A stretch of DNA of 64,000 nucleotides from Psammoneis japonica. Its lineage: Eukaryota. The stretch covers positions 62,001 to 126,000 of the forward strand of contig QPGO01000076.1 in NCBI GenBank assembly GCA_008632985.1, read 5' to 3'. The notes below the pieces were generated by a model. That model was not told where the DNA came from. It searched no databases and was given only the letters and a program-made list of their open reading frames with translations. The position numbers and the translations under genes were made by a program. Each line of letters starts with the position of its first letter. Positions within the stretch are counted from its first letter, which is position 1. Shown here piece by piece: positions 24,801 to 38,072 of this stretch.

Positions 24801-27436
24801 GTAGCTTACAAAATTCCGTACTGAAGCACAAAGCGACTTACCCTAAATTCACAACCAAAGAAAGTGATATCCCCGGGCTTCACCAGTGCTACATTGTATA
24901 TCCTTGCGCCAACAAAAGTTATTCCCTCAAACACAACATTACTGGATACTTCGTCCGTAAAAGGAGAAAGCACCTGGAAATCGCCCCCTGTAATCAGACA
25001 AGAGTCTTCGGGCCGTCCACTATCACCGCACACAAATCTGCTATTGCTTCTGGGATAAAATGGAGTTTGACTGTCCACATCGAATACTGTGTTTGCACAA
25101 AGTACATATGTTCGTAGGCTGGTAAGGTTGACTCCTGGTGAAAGTTCCTCGTCGGAAATATCATTCAGATTCGAGTAGCAAGTGCCCGTTGGTGATAGAG
25201 TTGGCGTTACGGGATCTGGAGCGGGGCTCGGCGTGAGAAAACATGAGGCAGAATCGAAGTCAAGGCATGTCGTGAATCCATCCGCTACATTTGCTAGGTA
25301 TGGACAAACCAACGATTCGGTGTCACTTGTTCCAGAGGCCAGTATCGTTTGAAAGGGTCCACCTCCAAGGTTCAAGATTGGCGCTAACTCAACGCTATTG
25401 TTAAGAAAGCAGTTTCTGAAAAGATCCATTTTCCCAACGGCACCAATATGCGAGACCAAGTAGTCCACATTCTGCGTAGGACAAAACGATAACAATGAGT
25501 TAGAACTGTTGTGCATGTGTTTTCTCTCTCGAATATGACTTGTCCATAGCAGTACTTACATAGTTGTCCGAAAATGTCGAATCTCGAATGACAAGCGGAC
25601 TCCCCTCCATAGAAATCAATCCACCGGAAGGATTGGTACTAGAGTTGTTTCGAAACACACAGCCCTCAAAGTAGATGTCCAGTGCTGTCGGTTCACCAAC
25701 GGTTGGAGAATAGCCGTAGGCGCGAGTCGCAACCCCATCCGGAGAATTTTCCCAAAAGACACTGCTCAATTCTTCAAGTCGGTGTGTTTGAATCAACTCA
25801 TCCAATCTTCTAACATTTATCACCGATGGCGTTAAAGACTCAAGCAATGGATTTGCTGTCGGAATTGATGGTGATGAAGAAGAGACTATTGGACTGACTG
25901 TCGGATTTGATGGTGATGAAGAAGAGACTGATGGACTAACCGTCGGAATGGAAGGCGACGAAGAAGAGACTATTGGACTGACTGTCGGAATGGATGGCGA
26001 AGAAGAAGAGAACAGTGGATTGGCCGTTGGAGTCGATGGCGATACCGACAGGAAAGTAGCTGTTGGTATTGACGATGATGTTGGGACTGGTGAGGACGAT
26101 GGGCTGACCGATGGCTGAACTGTTGGCTGCAAACTTGCCGACGGATGCAACGATATCGAAGGGGCTGGACTAGTTGTTGGCGAGCTCGTAACCCGATCAT
26201 ACCTCAACCATGCAATTCCAGAGTTCGCATTGTCCTAAAGCGGCACCAAAAAAAGATGAGATTGCATTGAAAAGATATCTGAGCTTATCAATCTGAAAGA
26301 CAGAACTTACCCGAAATACACAGTCAACAAACCGGACACTCCCTGGCTTCGATAGTACCGTATTATAACGTTCGCTCTCACAAAGCTAAGTCCCTGAATC
26401 ACAACATCAGAAACAAATTCTTCGTCCTTGGCGAACAGTACTTGAATGTTCCCACCCCAAATGACACAATTGTCCTCGGGTCGTCCATCGTACCCGCACA
26501 TGATTGTGGCGTTGGATCTAGGCCAAATGGCAGATTGCGTATCCACACGATACACCAGATTGGGACAAAGATAGTATATTCGTTCCTGTGATAGATCCGT
26601 GTTGACGTCGAATTCCAATGCCACTAGCTCCACCAAGTTTGAGATACATGGCGGAAACGATGGTGCGCTTGATGGAGTCGATGAAGGTACCGGCAATGAT
26701 GGCGCCAACGATCCAAAACCAGGATCAGGAGCAAGAAAGGGGATACTGGTGGGTCTCTCTGTCATTGTCGGCATCATGGTAAGTGTTGGTATTTGGCTGA
26801 CAGAGGGTGATGGCGTTGGTGCAGCAGTGTATGTCGGCATTAAACTGATCGTCGGAATGGATGTAGGCGAGGAACTCGGCGCCGACGTGGGAACGGGTAC
26901 TCTTGAATTCAACACAAACGTGTCAAAGTAATATTGAATCATGTTTGAACGTTTGCCCGTCACCACGGTCACATCCAAAGCCAGTAATTCGAGGTGTCTT
27001 GAATGTTAATCGTGCCAGATACTGATCGCTTTAGCGTTGTGTTGCTGATGCTTGTTAGGCCCGATACTCCTTCTTCTGCAACACACAAGTCCAATAGTTT
27101 CGTGTCTCTGTCATGTACCATGATTGCGTTGGAAGTATCAGCCACGACATCCGAATGTCGAAACATGTGTCCCAGTCGTATCAAAAAGTCCTTAAAGTAC
27201 GTGTTGTTGGAAGACGAGATCAATTCAATCGTGTAGTTTTTCCCCGCAAAGATGTTTAGAGGAACACCTGGCATTATTTCCGTTTCGTTCATAAAAACCC
27301 GAAATCCCCGTCTTCGAAGAGGCCCTGACGTGAACTGGGTACCGTTCCAGCCAATGGGATTCCTTTTGCAGTTTGTGAAATAGTCGCAAGTACATTGTTG
27401 GATGACAAGCAGCAAGAATAGTGGTATCGCCTTCAT
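21840..27436 (-). CDS. Large multi-exon secreted protein: signal peptide, reeler-like N-domain, three Cys-containing repeat modules and Pro/Ser/Thr linkers
   Basis: MKAIPLFLLLVIQQCTC leader. Module C..L..L...E...R.Y.LC....VD.Q....RxN...CG..G...D.C.I..G..QV occurs three times. Several GT-AG introns. Frameshift near 26975. Confidence 0.8.
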
Positions 27437-27988
27437 GTTTCTATTGCTGGAGCGGCAGAAGTTGCAATTTTTAAAGGCGTTAGCCTGTTGTCGTCTATCA
27501 CGGGCCTTTTTGATTTAGCACGACCGCCCCAAGTCGTCACCAAGCGCTTATTAGGCGAGAGAATCGCAAGTTGTGGAGGTGGCGTTGAATTTGAGTTGCG
27601 CGGAGCGTTAGACAAAAATTTGAAATTTAAATATCATACCAGTATAATGACTTATTAGATTCATCATTATGTGACAAACTCCCTATGACGTAATGTTCAT
27701 AATACAGATCTGAAGCACATCATTACTCCAAATGCAAGATTGATGTTGTTCTTTTTGTGCTACAAAAATAACATCATTTTTATTAGTTATTGTATTTGTT
27801 GATAAAGTTTTATGTGTGTCATGTTGTCGGAGTGCTTTCACTTTTCTGGTCCCCGATAAAAAACTAGCCGATCGCGAGACTGAGACTTTCAGCAGGTCGA
27901 CGATGATGGGGGCAGCGGTCACAACTCAAAGCAAAACACACGACACGATAATACACTATTGTCTGTATAAGCATAACTACTCTACATC

Positions 27989-30118
27989 ATGGCCCGTTCT
28001 CAGAATCCCATGGACGTTCATCGTCGCACACAACGTAAAAAGGAACTGAAAAAACTCAAAACGAATCGACTTCAGGCTCGCGACGAAAAGGTGAAACAAA
28101 CCGAAACTGTGGCGTCTGTAACAAAGGCAATTCGAGAATTAGAAAAGAAGAAGGATCGAAAGAACGGACATCTTGATCAGCATGAGACGAAGCAATTGGA
28201 AAGACTTCAGAAAGACTTGAGATTGGTAAAGCAGGCAGCACAGGAACGAGCCGCAGCACCTCCGAAGGCTCCCGTTGCTCCAACTAGACCGCTTACTGAA
28301 CTGGATAACCCTGCAAAGAGTGTATACTATGACCCTCAGATGAATCCATATGGAGCTCCACCACCAGGAAAGCCTCGTCTATACCACAAGCGAGGCGGGG
28401 GCACTACGATGGATATCGAACTAGCGATAGTTCCTGGGGAAGAGGAAGAGGAGGAGGCATCGAAAGAAGCGGCTGCTGACAAAGTAGTTCCTCCCCCTCC
28501 CCCGCCGCCACCTCAACCACGGCATCAAGGATATGCACCACCCCCTCCACCTCCTCGACAAAGCGCTGCTCCACCACAACTGTCGGTGCCACCTCCGCCA
28601 CCACCTCCTCTGCCACAAGAACCACCACCCCCACCTCCACACCAAAGGATCCTTCTCAAGTGCCGGCGCTACCCCCGCCTTCCAAATCTGTCAAGCGCAG
28701 TCGTAAACGAAAGTTGGATGCTGATATTTGGGCTTCCATGGAGGAAGTGGAGTATGAACGCACAACCAATCAATTGGATTTGGAGGAAGGAACTGCGGTA
28801 GCTCATGTTTGGGTCGATCAATGGTATTACACGGATACGTCTGGGCGAATACAGGGACCCTTTGACTCACAGCAAATGCAGGAGTGGCATGAATTCGGAT
28901 AGTGAGTGTAATTTGTGCGATTGCATGGCAGTTACTGTCAGTTTTCTTATTTGGTCCAGCTCAAATACTTCTTGATGTTCCTTGCTTTTGCAGTTTTCAA
29001 CCCACGACACCGGTACGCAATGGTGAAACCGGGAACTTTACAGAAATGGCCAAAGTCAATTGGATGTCACAGGTAAACAAGGCCAATCGTATCAGTGGTG
29101 GTCATGTGTCCCGAGATTCTATAGATGACCGGATTGCAGCGTTGAAGAGACAAGACCAAGAATCGTCGGTAGAGGATCGTATTGCTGCTCTTCGTGAACA
29201 ACACGTGCGAGAAGAAAAACCTGTCGAGGATCGCATTGCAGCCTTACGGGATGAAATGGTTAAAGATGAGGAGGCAGCAACGGATTCGATAGATGATCGA
29301 ATTGCGGCATTACGACGACAGCATGTGTCTCAACAGGAAGCACAACATGCCGATCAGGCGGCAGATGATACCGAGCCTGTTCCGGCCTACGACATTGGAG
29401 AAGTACCTGTGTACCACCAAGAACAGGAGGAAATTCCAATTTATTATCCAGAGGAATCTGCAAACACAGGAATTGAAGATCTTGCGAAGGATGGTAGTGG
29501 TGAACAAGTGCCAGTGTACTACCCATCAGAAGAGGCTGAGCAAAGGGATGCTGAAGCTGCCCCTGCACCTTTGGAGCAACAGGAAGAGCCGCCAAGTCAC
29601 CCGATTCAGGTTGAAACTGTCGAAATGATGAAGAAGTCAGCAAAGAACAAGGCGAATTGGCGGACCTTACTGGTGCCGTTGAAGCGCCTCCATCATATCC
29701 AGTACTTCCGGTAGAGGAAGCGACGGATGCTGTTGCGCCATATCCGTCAGACCTTGAATATCCGGTTACTGACGCTTATCCAGATGTAGGAGCCGCCTAT
29801 CCTGTATCGGACCCGTATCCATCGGGGCCGGATGCCTATCCTGCAACTGACGTGTACCCGGGCGCGGATGACTCGGTAGGCGCATACGTTTTCGATGAGC
29901 CTCAGGACGAGTCTAACGTAGCGGCCAAAAAGGTATACAAGGGCGACAAGGAGGTTGTTGGGCTGGTTCCTTCTCATTTACAAAAGCGTCGGCCTCAATC
30001 CAAGCAACCAAAGAAGCAGCTGAAAAAGGCACCAGCTCAAGTTCCTCCGGAGAATAAAAATGTGTCCGTGTCGCAGGACGTCGACGATTTTATGAAGGAA
30101 ATAAATGCGCTGAAATAA
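27989..30118 (+). CDS. WW-domain-binding protein 11 (WBP11)-like splicing factor with an added GYF domain
   Basis: N-terminal NPMDVHRRTQRKKELKK and SVYYDPQMNPYGAPPPG, plus polyproline tracts. WYYTDTSGRIQGPFDSQQMQEWHEFG-YF spans intron 28902-28993. Frameshifts near 28650 and 29625. Confidence 0.78.
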
Positions 30119-30214
30119 ATAGTTTAGTTAAAAACAAGTACTCTATACTTTATTCGTAGGACGAGTCGGAGAACCCAATGATTTGACTACAGAGAGACCC
30201 ATCTCTCGTTACAG

Positions 30215-32615
30215 TCACCACAATGGATGAGGCTTTCGCTTTACTGGCGGCCGTGTTGGTTTGGAATATCGGTACCACCTCTTCATCTTGGTGACCCATG
30301 ACGGTGCCTTTTCTTCCTTGGGATACTCGTATGAGTAATCGTGGTCCCCATTGTAGTGCCCCATCGAATTTCCTGGGTGTTTTCCGGCACCATGATAATA
30401 TATAGCTTCTCGTGGTCTGCCGATTCTCTTCTTCACTGTGCCGTAGTAATCTGACGGCTTCTGATCTTTCTTGGCATATGAGTATGGGTAACCGTGGCCC
30501 AACATCGATTTGCCTTGCTCCTTGCCGGTACCATGATAAGAAGGTCCAATGCGTGGATTGCCATTCTTCTTCTGCGCAATATTGTAGTGATGTGACAGAT
30601 GATACGGATAGTATCCTTTGCTTTGATGCTTCCCTGCTGCAATCTTTTTGCCCTTCTTTCCTTTTTTCGCCTTCTTTCCCTTTTTCCCCTTTTTCCCTTT
30701 CTTCCCCTTCTTGCCTTTCGTCCGTTTGATGCCGTGTTTGTGATACGCTTTTTTGTACGGGTCACCGTAAACTTTTTGGGCAGGTTATTTGGCTTTTTCT
30801 TGGGCGGGGGCTTGAAATTGTAACTAGTCTCGTGCCGTACTGGTTTATGGATTATCTTTTCCCTTTGCTTGGTCCATTGCCATGTCCGGTTTGAAGGCGA
30901 TGGTGGCGGAGGAGAAGCTTTCTTGTACGGGTCTCCGTAAACTTTTTTGGGCGGGGGCTTCAAATTGTAACTAGTCTCGTGCCGTACTGGTTTTGTGATG
31001 ATCTTTTTCCTTTGCTTGCTCCATTGCCATGGGTGATTTGAAGGCGGTGGCGGAAGAGAAGCTTTCTTATACGGGTCACCGTAAACTTTTTTGGGCACGT
31101 TCTTGGGCTTTTTCTTGGGCGGGGGCTTGAAATTGTAACTAGGCTCCTGCCGTACTGGTTTATGGATGATCTTTTTCCGGTGTTTGCTCCAGTGCCACGG
31201 GCGGTTTGAAGGCGATGGTGGCGGGGAAGGTGTAGGCTGAGGAGCAGCGGTTGGAGGGTTATCTGGTAACGTGGACAGAGGTGTTGGTGTCATTGTTGGA
31301 GATGCTGTTGAACTCATAGACGGTGCAGGAGTGTCTGTAGGAGAAGGTGTACCAGGCTTTGATGTAGGCGGTTCTGACTTGGCCGAAGGCATCTCAGAGG
31401 GAGCTGAAGATATAGGAGCCAAAGATGGACCTTTGCTTGGTTTCGAAGTTGTTGTTGGGGAAGAAGAGTGCAGCTCAGTTGGTGATAGGGATGCAGAAGG
31501 CATCCCACTTGGAGCTGCAGTATCTGTTGGCGCAGAAGAGTGCAGCTCGGTAGGAAACAGGGATGCCGAAGGCGCATCACTAGGGCCTACAGAGGGTGAG
31601 ACGCTAGGGGCTGAGGAACCCATTTCGGTTGGAGACAGGGATGATGAAGGTGCATTACTCGGAGCAGTTGTGTCTGTTGGCGCAAAAGAATGCAAGTCGG
31701 TAGGGGTCATGGACGTCGACGGCATATCACTGGGTGCCAACGAAGGGGTTACACTGGGCTGAGAAGATCCCATTTCGGTTGGAATTAGGGATTCAGAAGG
31801 AGCGGCACTTTCTGTTGGGAAGAAGAGCCCATTCCGGTCGGAGTCAGGGACGCCGAGGGCGCATCACTGGGGCCTAGAGAGGGTGTAGCACTCGAAGAGC
31901 CCATTCCGGTTGGAGTCAGGGATGTTGAAGGTGCATTGCTGGGACCTAAAGAGGGAGTAAAACTGGGAAGTGATGGTCCCATTCCGGTTGGAGTCAGGGA
32001 TGTTGATGGTGCATGACTCGGACCTAAAGATGGCGCGGTGCTCGGGAATGAAGCGCTCATTTCAGATGGCGCCATGGATGCTGAGGGCATATCACTGGGG
32101 CCAAGTGAGGGAATATCACTGGGACCAAGAGAGGGCATGGTGCTTGGAACAGGTGAACCTGTCGGGTCTGAGTCCTCAAGAGCTATACTTGGCTTCATAG
32201 AAGGCTCGGCACTTGGAACTAATGAAGGCGATGGAGAACTTGTTGGAGTTCCCTCGAGGTCAAGGTTAAAAACATCTGATGGATTTTCGAGGGAAGCTTG
32301 GTCTTTAGGCTGTACCTCTGCATGAGAAAGTGAAAGGTGTATAAACGTTGGATGGCTTGACGCTTTCATATTTTCTGCTGTTCTTTCTGATACTGGTTCC
32401 TGAGGAGCAACTCTGCCTGGCGACAATGACGGATATTGTGACGACGGCACATTGTCAGCATAAAGTTCATCTGCCAACGGATCTGCACCATCATCTGCCT
32501 GTCCACTAAACCTTAAACTGGATGCGCAACTATCACGGACATAGATTGCGAGTATTACAATCACATAAATGTGGGCCCTCTTCAGTATTGATGTGTTTTG
32601 TCTCGCAGTCACCAT
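30215..32615 (-). CDS. Secreted Pro/Ser-rich protein with Lys/Tyr/His-rich C-terminus (silaffin/cingulin-like composition)
   Basis: Hydrophobic leader and PSxxPS repeats. Three W.W.K.R.KII.KPVR.E.SYN.KPPPKK...VYGDPYKKA repeats. A (KKG)n tract appears after correcting a frameshift near 30775. A second frameshift lies near 31810. Confidence 0.78.
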
Positions 32616-32959
32616 GTTGTTCCTCTCCGATAATCAATCAGGTCGTCGATGAATACGTTCACTGAAAAGGAACCTCCCGTAAAACTCGCTATGAACTTTC
32701 TTATCAGGGTTAGCCCTCGCTGTGGTGCTGCTCTAAAGTAGTGTTGTTGCAACCCGATGCTAATGGCAGTGCTCTGTGTTTTATGCTTCTCACATCACAT
32801 CAAAAAAGTGACCGCGTCCGTTCAACGCGCGAACCGTTACGACTTAGCTTTTCCACTTCACTCTTTTCATGATAGTACATAACCGCTGGTTGTACTTCTT
32901 TGTCGCGGATACCCTTTGGTCGGAGTACGGTACGCAAACTGTTGCCGAGAGGTGCGGTG

Positions 32960-33150
32960 ACGCATCACACTCAGCCAGAGCGAGGTGGGTTTATTGGACG
33001 CAAGATTGGAGGTGCGCACTGTCCGTCTCTTTAGCTCAACGACAGAACTTCACGTCTGCGGCTGCTTTTTAGAGTTTTTAATGCCACGGACAACTGGAGA
33101 GAGCAGGAACTAATGCACGCTTTTCACGCCACCGGAGACTGTTGTTTTTT
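32960..33150 (+). repeat. About 190-bp dispersed repeat, copy 1 (paralog 43562-43746)
   Basis: gacgcaagattggaggtgcgcactgtcc...gagactgttgtttttt is shared. Confidence 0.85.
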
Positions 33151-36100
33151 CTGCACCATTGAGGTGAGAACATGACAAGTTCTCAACTCTGGAGTTTTGC
33201 AGGGCTGGGTTCACAAGAAGGCTGGCACCCACTGAGCCAGTGTCAACCACACCAGCTGGTGAACACCATCTCTGATGTGGCATTTGGGAGCAGCAGGAAA
33301 GTCCTGCAGAGCAGTTCAAAATGCACAAGCCACTGACTCATGACCCACACCACTTGAATTTTGACTGGCCAGAGCGAGGAAATCCTGAGCAGGGTGGTTG
33401 CTGGATGTCTGGCGGGGCAACAATCTGGGAATGCATGCGCACACATGCATGACACTCCCACACCGCAGTGCAAATTTTTTGATTTCAATTTGAATTTCTT
33501 GCACACCACAAAGCAAGTCTTGGTTTTCACTTGAATTTTTTGTCGCCATGCCCCCCCAACAGAAAATTCAAATGTGACAAACACGCGGCCGCACAATGCT
33601 CTGGGTGCATTCTCACTTGTGATGCTTGGTCTCTTTTTGACGTGTGACAAATCACTTTCTGGTCAACCCCAAATTCACATCACAAGCAAACCATGTTTTG
33701 CTTGCAGTTCATGCTGTTCTTGATTTTGTGCTCAAAACACTCAACGCAATTTCTGTTGTCACCACTGCTGCGAGTTTGTGTTCTTGATTTTGTGCTGAAA
33801 GCACTCAATGCAATTTCTGTTGTCACCACTGCTGTGAGTTTGTCTCTGTGGTCATTCACTGCTTTCCACCAGCAAACATTGACACTCTGCACCCTGCATT
33901 GTTGTGAGGACCTCTCTGCTGTGTCTGTGTGTTGCCATCATCTTGACTCACTCCCCAGCCCATCTCTGTGGAATTGCTGTTGTTTGCAGCAGCTGCTTCT
34001 GAAGCCTCTTCAACTGTGCTTGCATCTGAGTTGTCACCTCCTGCTGCTTCCCCTTTGCTGTCACTCCAGGAAAGTTTTTGGAGCAGCCCACCCGCTCATT
34101 CTTTCCTTTTTCCCTCTTCCTTTTGTTGCCTTGCACCTCCTCTGACTTTTTTGTCTGCAGGCACTGAGCATCAACTCTGCCTTTTTTCTTTTTCTTATCT
34201 TCTACTGCACTGCACAGCTTGTTGTGTTGGTTGATTCCATCCTGGTTCCATCACACTTGGAGGGCACAGACTGCCTCTTGTTGCATCCATGTCTTTGTCC
34301 ACCTTGTGCTCCAGCTCCATTTTTCCATTGTTGTGTGGCTGCCTTGCAGCAGCTGTGATGCACAAGCCTGACAAAAGATTCCATGCTTGTGGTCAGCCAA
34401 TTGCTGACACCTTGGGTTGCCACCATCTCAAATTGTTCCATGCCAGCTGCCACAGAGCAGCAGTTGTCTGAGAACCAGAAGTGCATGCTTGGCAACTCAA
34501 TGCCCTTGTTGACTTCATCAATGAATTTCAGCCTGTTGTCTCTCACCATTTCTATGAGCAGCTCATGCATGGTCAAGAGCAGAAGGTCAGCAGCACTCCC
34601 CACTGCATTTTTCTGCCACCTGTTTGTGTGCACCAAGCACCTTCTTCCTCAAAACCTTGTTTCTGTTGTTTTGTTGTCAATTGTGTCTCTTCCTCACCTT
34701 CTCCTTGCTCAGTTCCCACCAAACTGTGCAGTCACCATTGGCCATGTTGAGGTGTCTGCAAAACCTTTTTCTGCATCTTGCTGCCAAAAGTCAGCTTTCT
34801 CTTGTCATCTGTCATGAACATTGTCTTTGGGCACACTGCTGTTGCAATGCAGTTGTTTGTTTGACTGTCAACAAACTTCCTTTTGGCTGCCTCTGAGCTG
34901 GCGACTGATGCCCCTGCAATGTGCGCATTGTGAGATCCCATCTCTGTTGTGTTGTGGGTGGTGACTGCAAGGAAATGCACAATTTGTGTTGGCAGCAATG
35001 CACACATCTCTCTTGCATTGTCCTTGCTGCAATGCGTGCACCTGATGAATCATTCTGTGCTGACATCTCCTCCCATGTGCCTCTGCTTTGCTGTTTTGTG
35101 CACCCAACATTCACCAACCACACCTGCCAGCACTTTGTTGGCCATCCTTTTTTTCTTCTGCTTCTCTCCTTTGAATGCCTGAAATTTTCAAATGTTTTTG
35201 AGGTTTGCATCAACACATGCATTGTTGCATTAAATTTGATTCTCCTGTCATTTCATGAGTTTGCCATTGTGTGTGCTGCTGCCTTTGTGCGCTTAATTTT
35301 TCAAACAGGGTGCCAGCAATTTAGCTAATTTGTGAGCACTTCAGTGAATTCAATCAGATTGTCAGCCCACAACTGAGGGGGCTGCAGCCACTTTCAATCC
35401 AAACTGCAAACTTCTCATTCAATTGGCATGCTGTCCAGGCACACATGCTTTTGCCCTTGCTCATTGCCTGCTCCTCCATTCTCTTCACCCCCTCCTCCTC
35501 CTTGTCCATTGCACCTGCACATCACCAGGTTCATCTGATTCTCCCCATTGTTGCATTTTGTTTGAATGGCAGTTGTTGCTGCTCTCTCCTGCCATTTCAC
35601 AAATCCACTTTTGCACGCACTGCTGCTTTTTGAATGCTGAGTTTTTCAATCAGGACACCAATTTGACCAATTTGCACACACTTTTGCAAATGCAATCAGA
35701 TTGTTGGCCCACAAGTGAGGGGGCTGCAGTCACTCCAATCTAAACTGCAAACTTCTCATTTTCAGTCTGAACGCTGTCCAGGCACCAGCACTTTTGCCCT
35801 TGCCCATCGCCTGCTCCTCCATTCTATCTGCCCCTTCCTCCTCCTCCATTGCAGCCACCTGCCCATCACCAGGTTCATCTGATTCTCCCCGCCATTGTTG
35901 CATTTTGCTTGAATGGCAGTTGTTGCTGTTCTCCTGCCATTTGACAAATGTGCCATTGCATGCACTGCTGCTTTTTGAATGCTGAGTTTTTCAATCAGGG
36001 CATCAATTTGACCAGTTTGCACGCACTTTTGCAAATGCAATCAGATTGTTGGCCCACAGCTGAGGGGGCTGCAGTCACTCCACTCCAAACTCCAAACTTC

Positions 36101-37925
36101 TCACTCAGTTGCCATGTTGTCCAGCCCCCCATGCTGTTGCCCTCACTCATCGTCTCCTCCTCTCCTCCGTCCTCTCTGCCCCTTCTTCCATTGCACCTGC
36201 CCATCACCGGGTTCATCCACCCCCCCTTGGCATCTCTTGGCCATGTGCGTCTGTCAATTCATTGCCTTAAAGACTGCAAATGTGTTGAGAAAAGGAGAGT
36301 TTGCAGGGCAGACAAGTTCTCAGGTGTGATGTGCAAGACCAGCTGGAAGGAAACAATTGCTGCGCATGAGGCAATTGTTCCAATGGCAATGGAAGGCACC
36401 ATGGTTGACACACGCGAGAAGCAGAGACAAGTTGTGAGTGCCACATGGCAAAAGCAACATGTGTGTCAATGTGCAAGATCACACCATGCCGGGCTTGCAT
36501 CAACAAGCAATTGACAATTTGAGACAAATCTCACAAAAAATGAGAGTGGACATTTTGTCAAGCTGGTGCGCATCTTGGGTTTTTGCACAACCAGATGGAG
36601 GTGGTGGCAGAAAGCCCTTGAATGGGTGGTGGGACCTTGCAACTCCGTCATCAGCAAGCCTCTGTGTGAGTGGGCTGACAACCAAGGCACAAAGCAGTTT
36701 TTTTTTGTGCATGAAAAAAGAGCACATTTGTGATTGCGTGCTGGATGACAGACAACACACTGGGGCGCCATGCCAACGTGACAACATTGATTGGCAGGAG
36801 AGACTGGCGACACCCCAGCCAACATGCAATGGACAAAATGTGCTGCAGCGGACATCACTCAAGAGGCAGAAGAGTCCACTGAGCCAACTCCAGCAAACCT
36901 TCAGAAGGCAATCAACAACTTTCATCTGAACATCAAATGGCCAGAGTTGAGGACTCTGAAAATGATGATGATGGGAAGGAGATTGCTCAGCAGGCAATCA
37001 CAAAAGGACAAACATTGTGACATGGGATTCTCCCTGCCTCAATGGAGGGGGCACTTTGGCTTGGACCATTTGCTGCTTGTGGGACAACCACAAAGTTGAG
37101 GGTGCTGACATTGCAAGAGGCAACCTGACTGATGTGAGCATTCTCATCATGCTGAGACAGTGGGTCAGCTGGCAGTGGCAGCAATGACGCCAGACATGTG
37201 CAGCCTGTGCTCAGCAGAGTTGTGCAGAGCCACACAACCACTGGATGTTAAAAATGATGACAGCGGGGAGGAGATCACCCACACAATCACAGAAGAGATG
37301 GCCATCACAAATTGAGGGAGATGATGTTTTGGGAGGCAACCCAGGACTGAGACAGCAGGTCAGCTGGTGTTGGTGGCAATGAGGTTGGCCACATGCAACT
37401 TGTGCAGAGCTGTGTGGGATGGTGACCAGGTGTCAAAAAATGCTGACAACCTTGAATGCGAGCTTGCAGCAAATTAAAAACCACATGATGCTGTCTCCAC
37501 AGCCCACCCTCATGGGAGGAAGACCATGGCACAGTGGACAAAGATTGGCATCAAGGGCCACTTGGATGACCGTGTTTCTCATGAGGACCTGAGTTGGGCA
37601 TCATCACAAATGAACATGGACGTGGACACCAAGGCAAAGAAGAGGCTTGCAGAAATGGCAGTCACACCTCATGAGCAATGGGTTGTGGGCAAGATGCAGA
37701 CTTTCTGGATCAGGGGGGCACAAGATGGTGCCAAGCTTGGCCAGCAACATCGGGAATGCGGTTGATGAAAAAAAAATAGCTCTGGACATGAGTTGACAAT
37801 GGGAAGCTCTCCCGCCCATCTCAGTGTCAGGGAGATTGACTGGGAATCTCAAGTCCAAGCCATGGGTGACCTCAAGCTCTCCAGGCAACGTTGGGTGGTG
37901 AAGCATGTTTCGCAGAACTGTGTGG
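33150..37925. mobile_element. TpA-depleted block containing decayed non-LTR retrotransposon (LINE) fragments
   Basis: On the + strand, 37530-37920 gives IKGHLDDRVSHEDLSWASSQMNMDVDTKAK and EIDWE...SRQRWVVKHVS, resembling the RNase H and downstream region of diatom LINEs. A probable opposite-strand LINE 3' fragment lies at about 34200-35300. Confidence 0.7.
35350..36110. repeat. Tandem duplication, period about 345 bp, about 2.2 copies
   Basis: aatcagattgt..gcccaca..tgagggggctgcag occurs at about 35352, 35694 and 36039. Confidence 0.9.
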
Positions 37926-38072
37926 AGATAATGAGATGTCATGCAGGACATTTTTCTCAATTAATTTCTTCACAAGGTCGATCCAAACCAGTCGGGCGAC
38001 TGCTTCTGCAAGACAACGTCGGGTGACGTAAAAGCCATTTGATGGTACTATGAGCAGCAATCTTTGAGCTAT

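Noticed and set aside
10140..31820. Programmed frameshifting or pseudogenisation in several host genes (near 10150, 20983, 26975, 28650, 29625, 30775, 31810)
   Set aside because: These are single-base indels, several at short homopolymers, in otherwise intact genes. They are most simply assembly errors, though this needs read-level confirmation.
22186..32325. Gly/Val-rich plus-strand ORFs
   Set aside because: They are antisense shadows of Pro/Thr/Ser-rich minus-strand genes.
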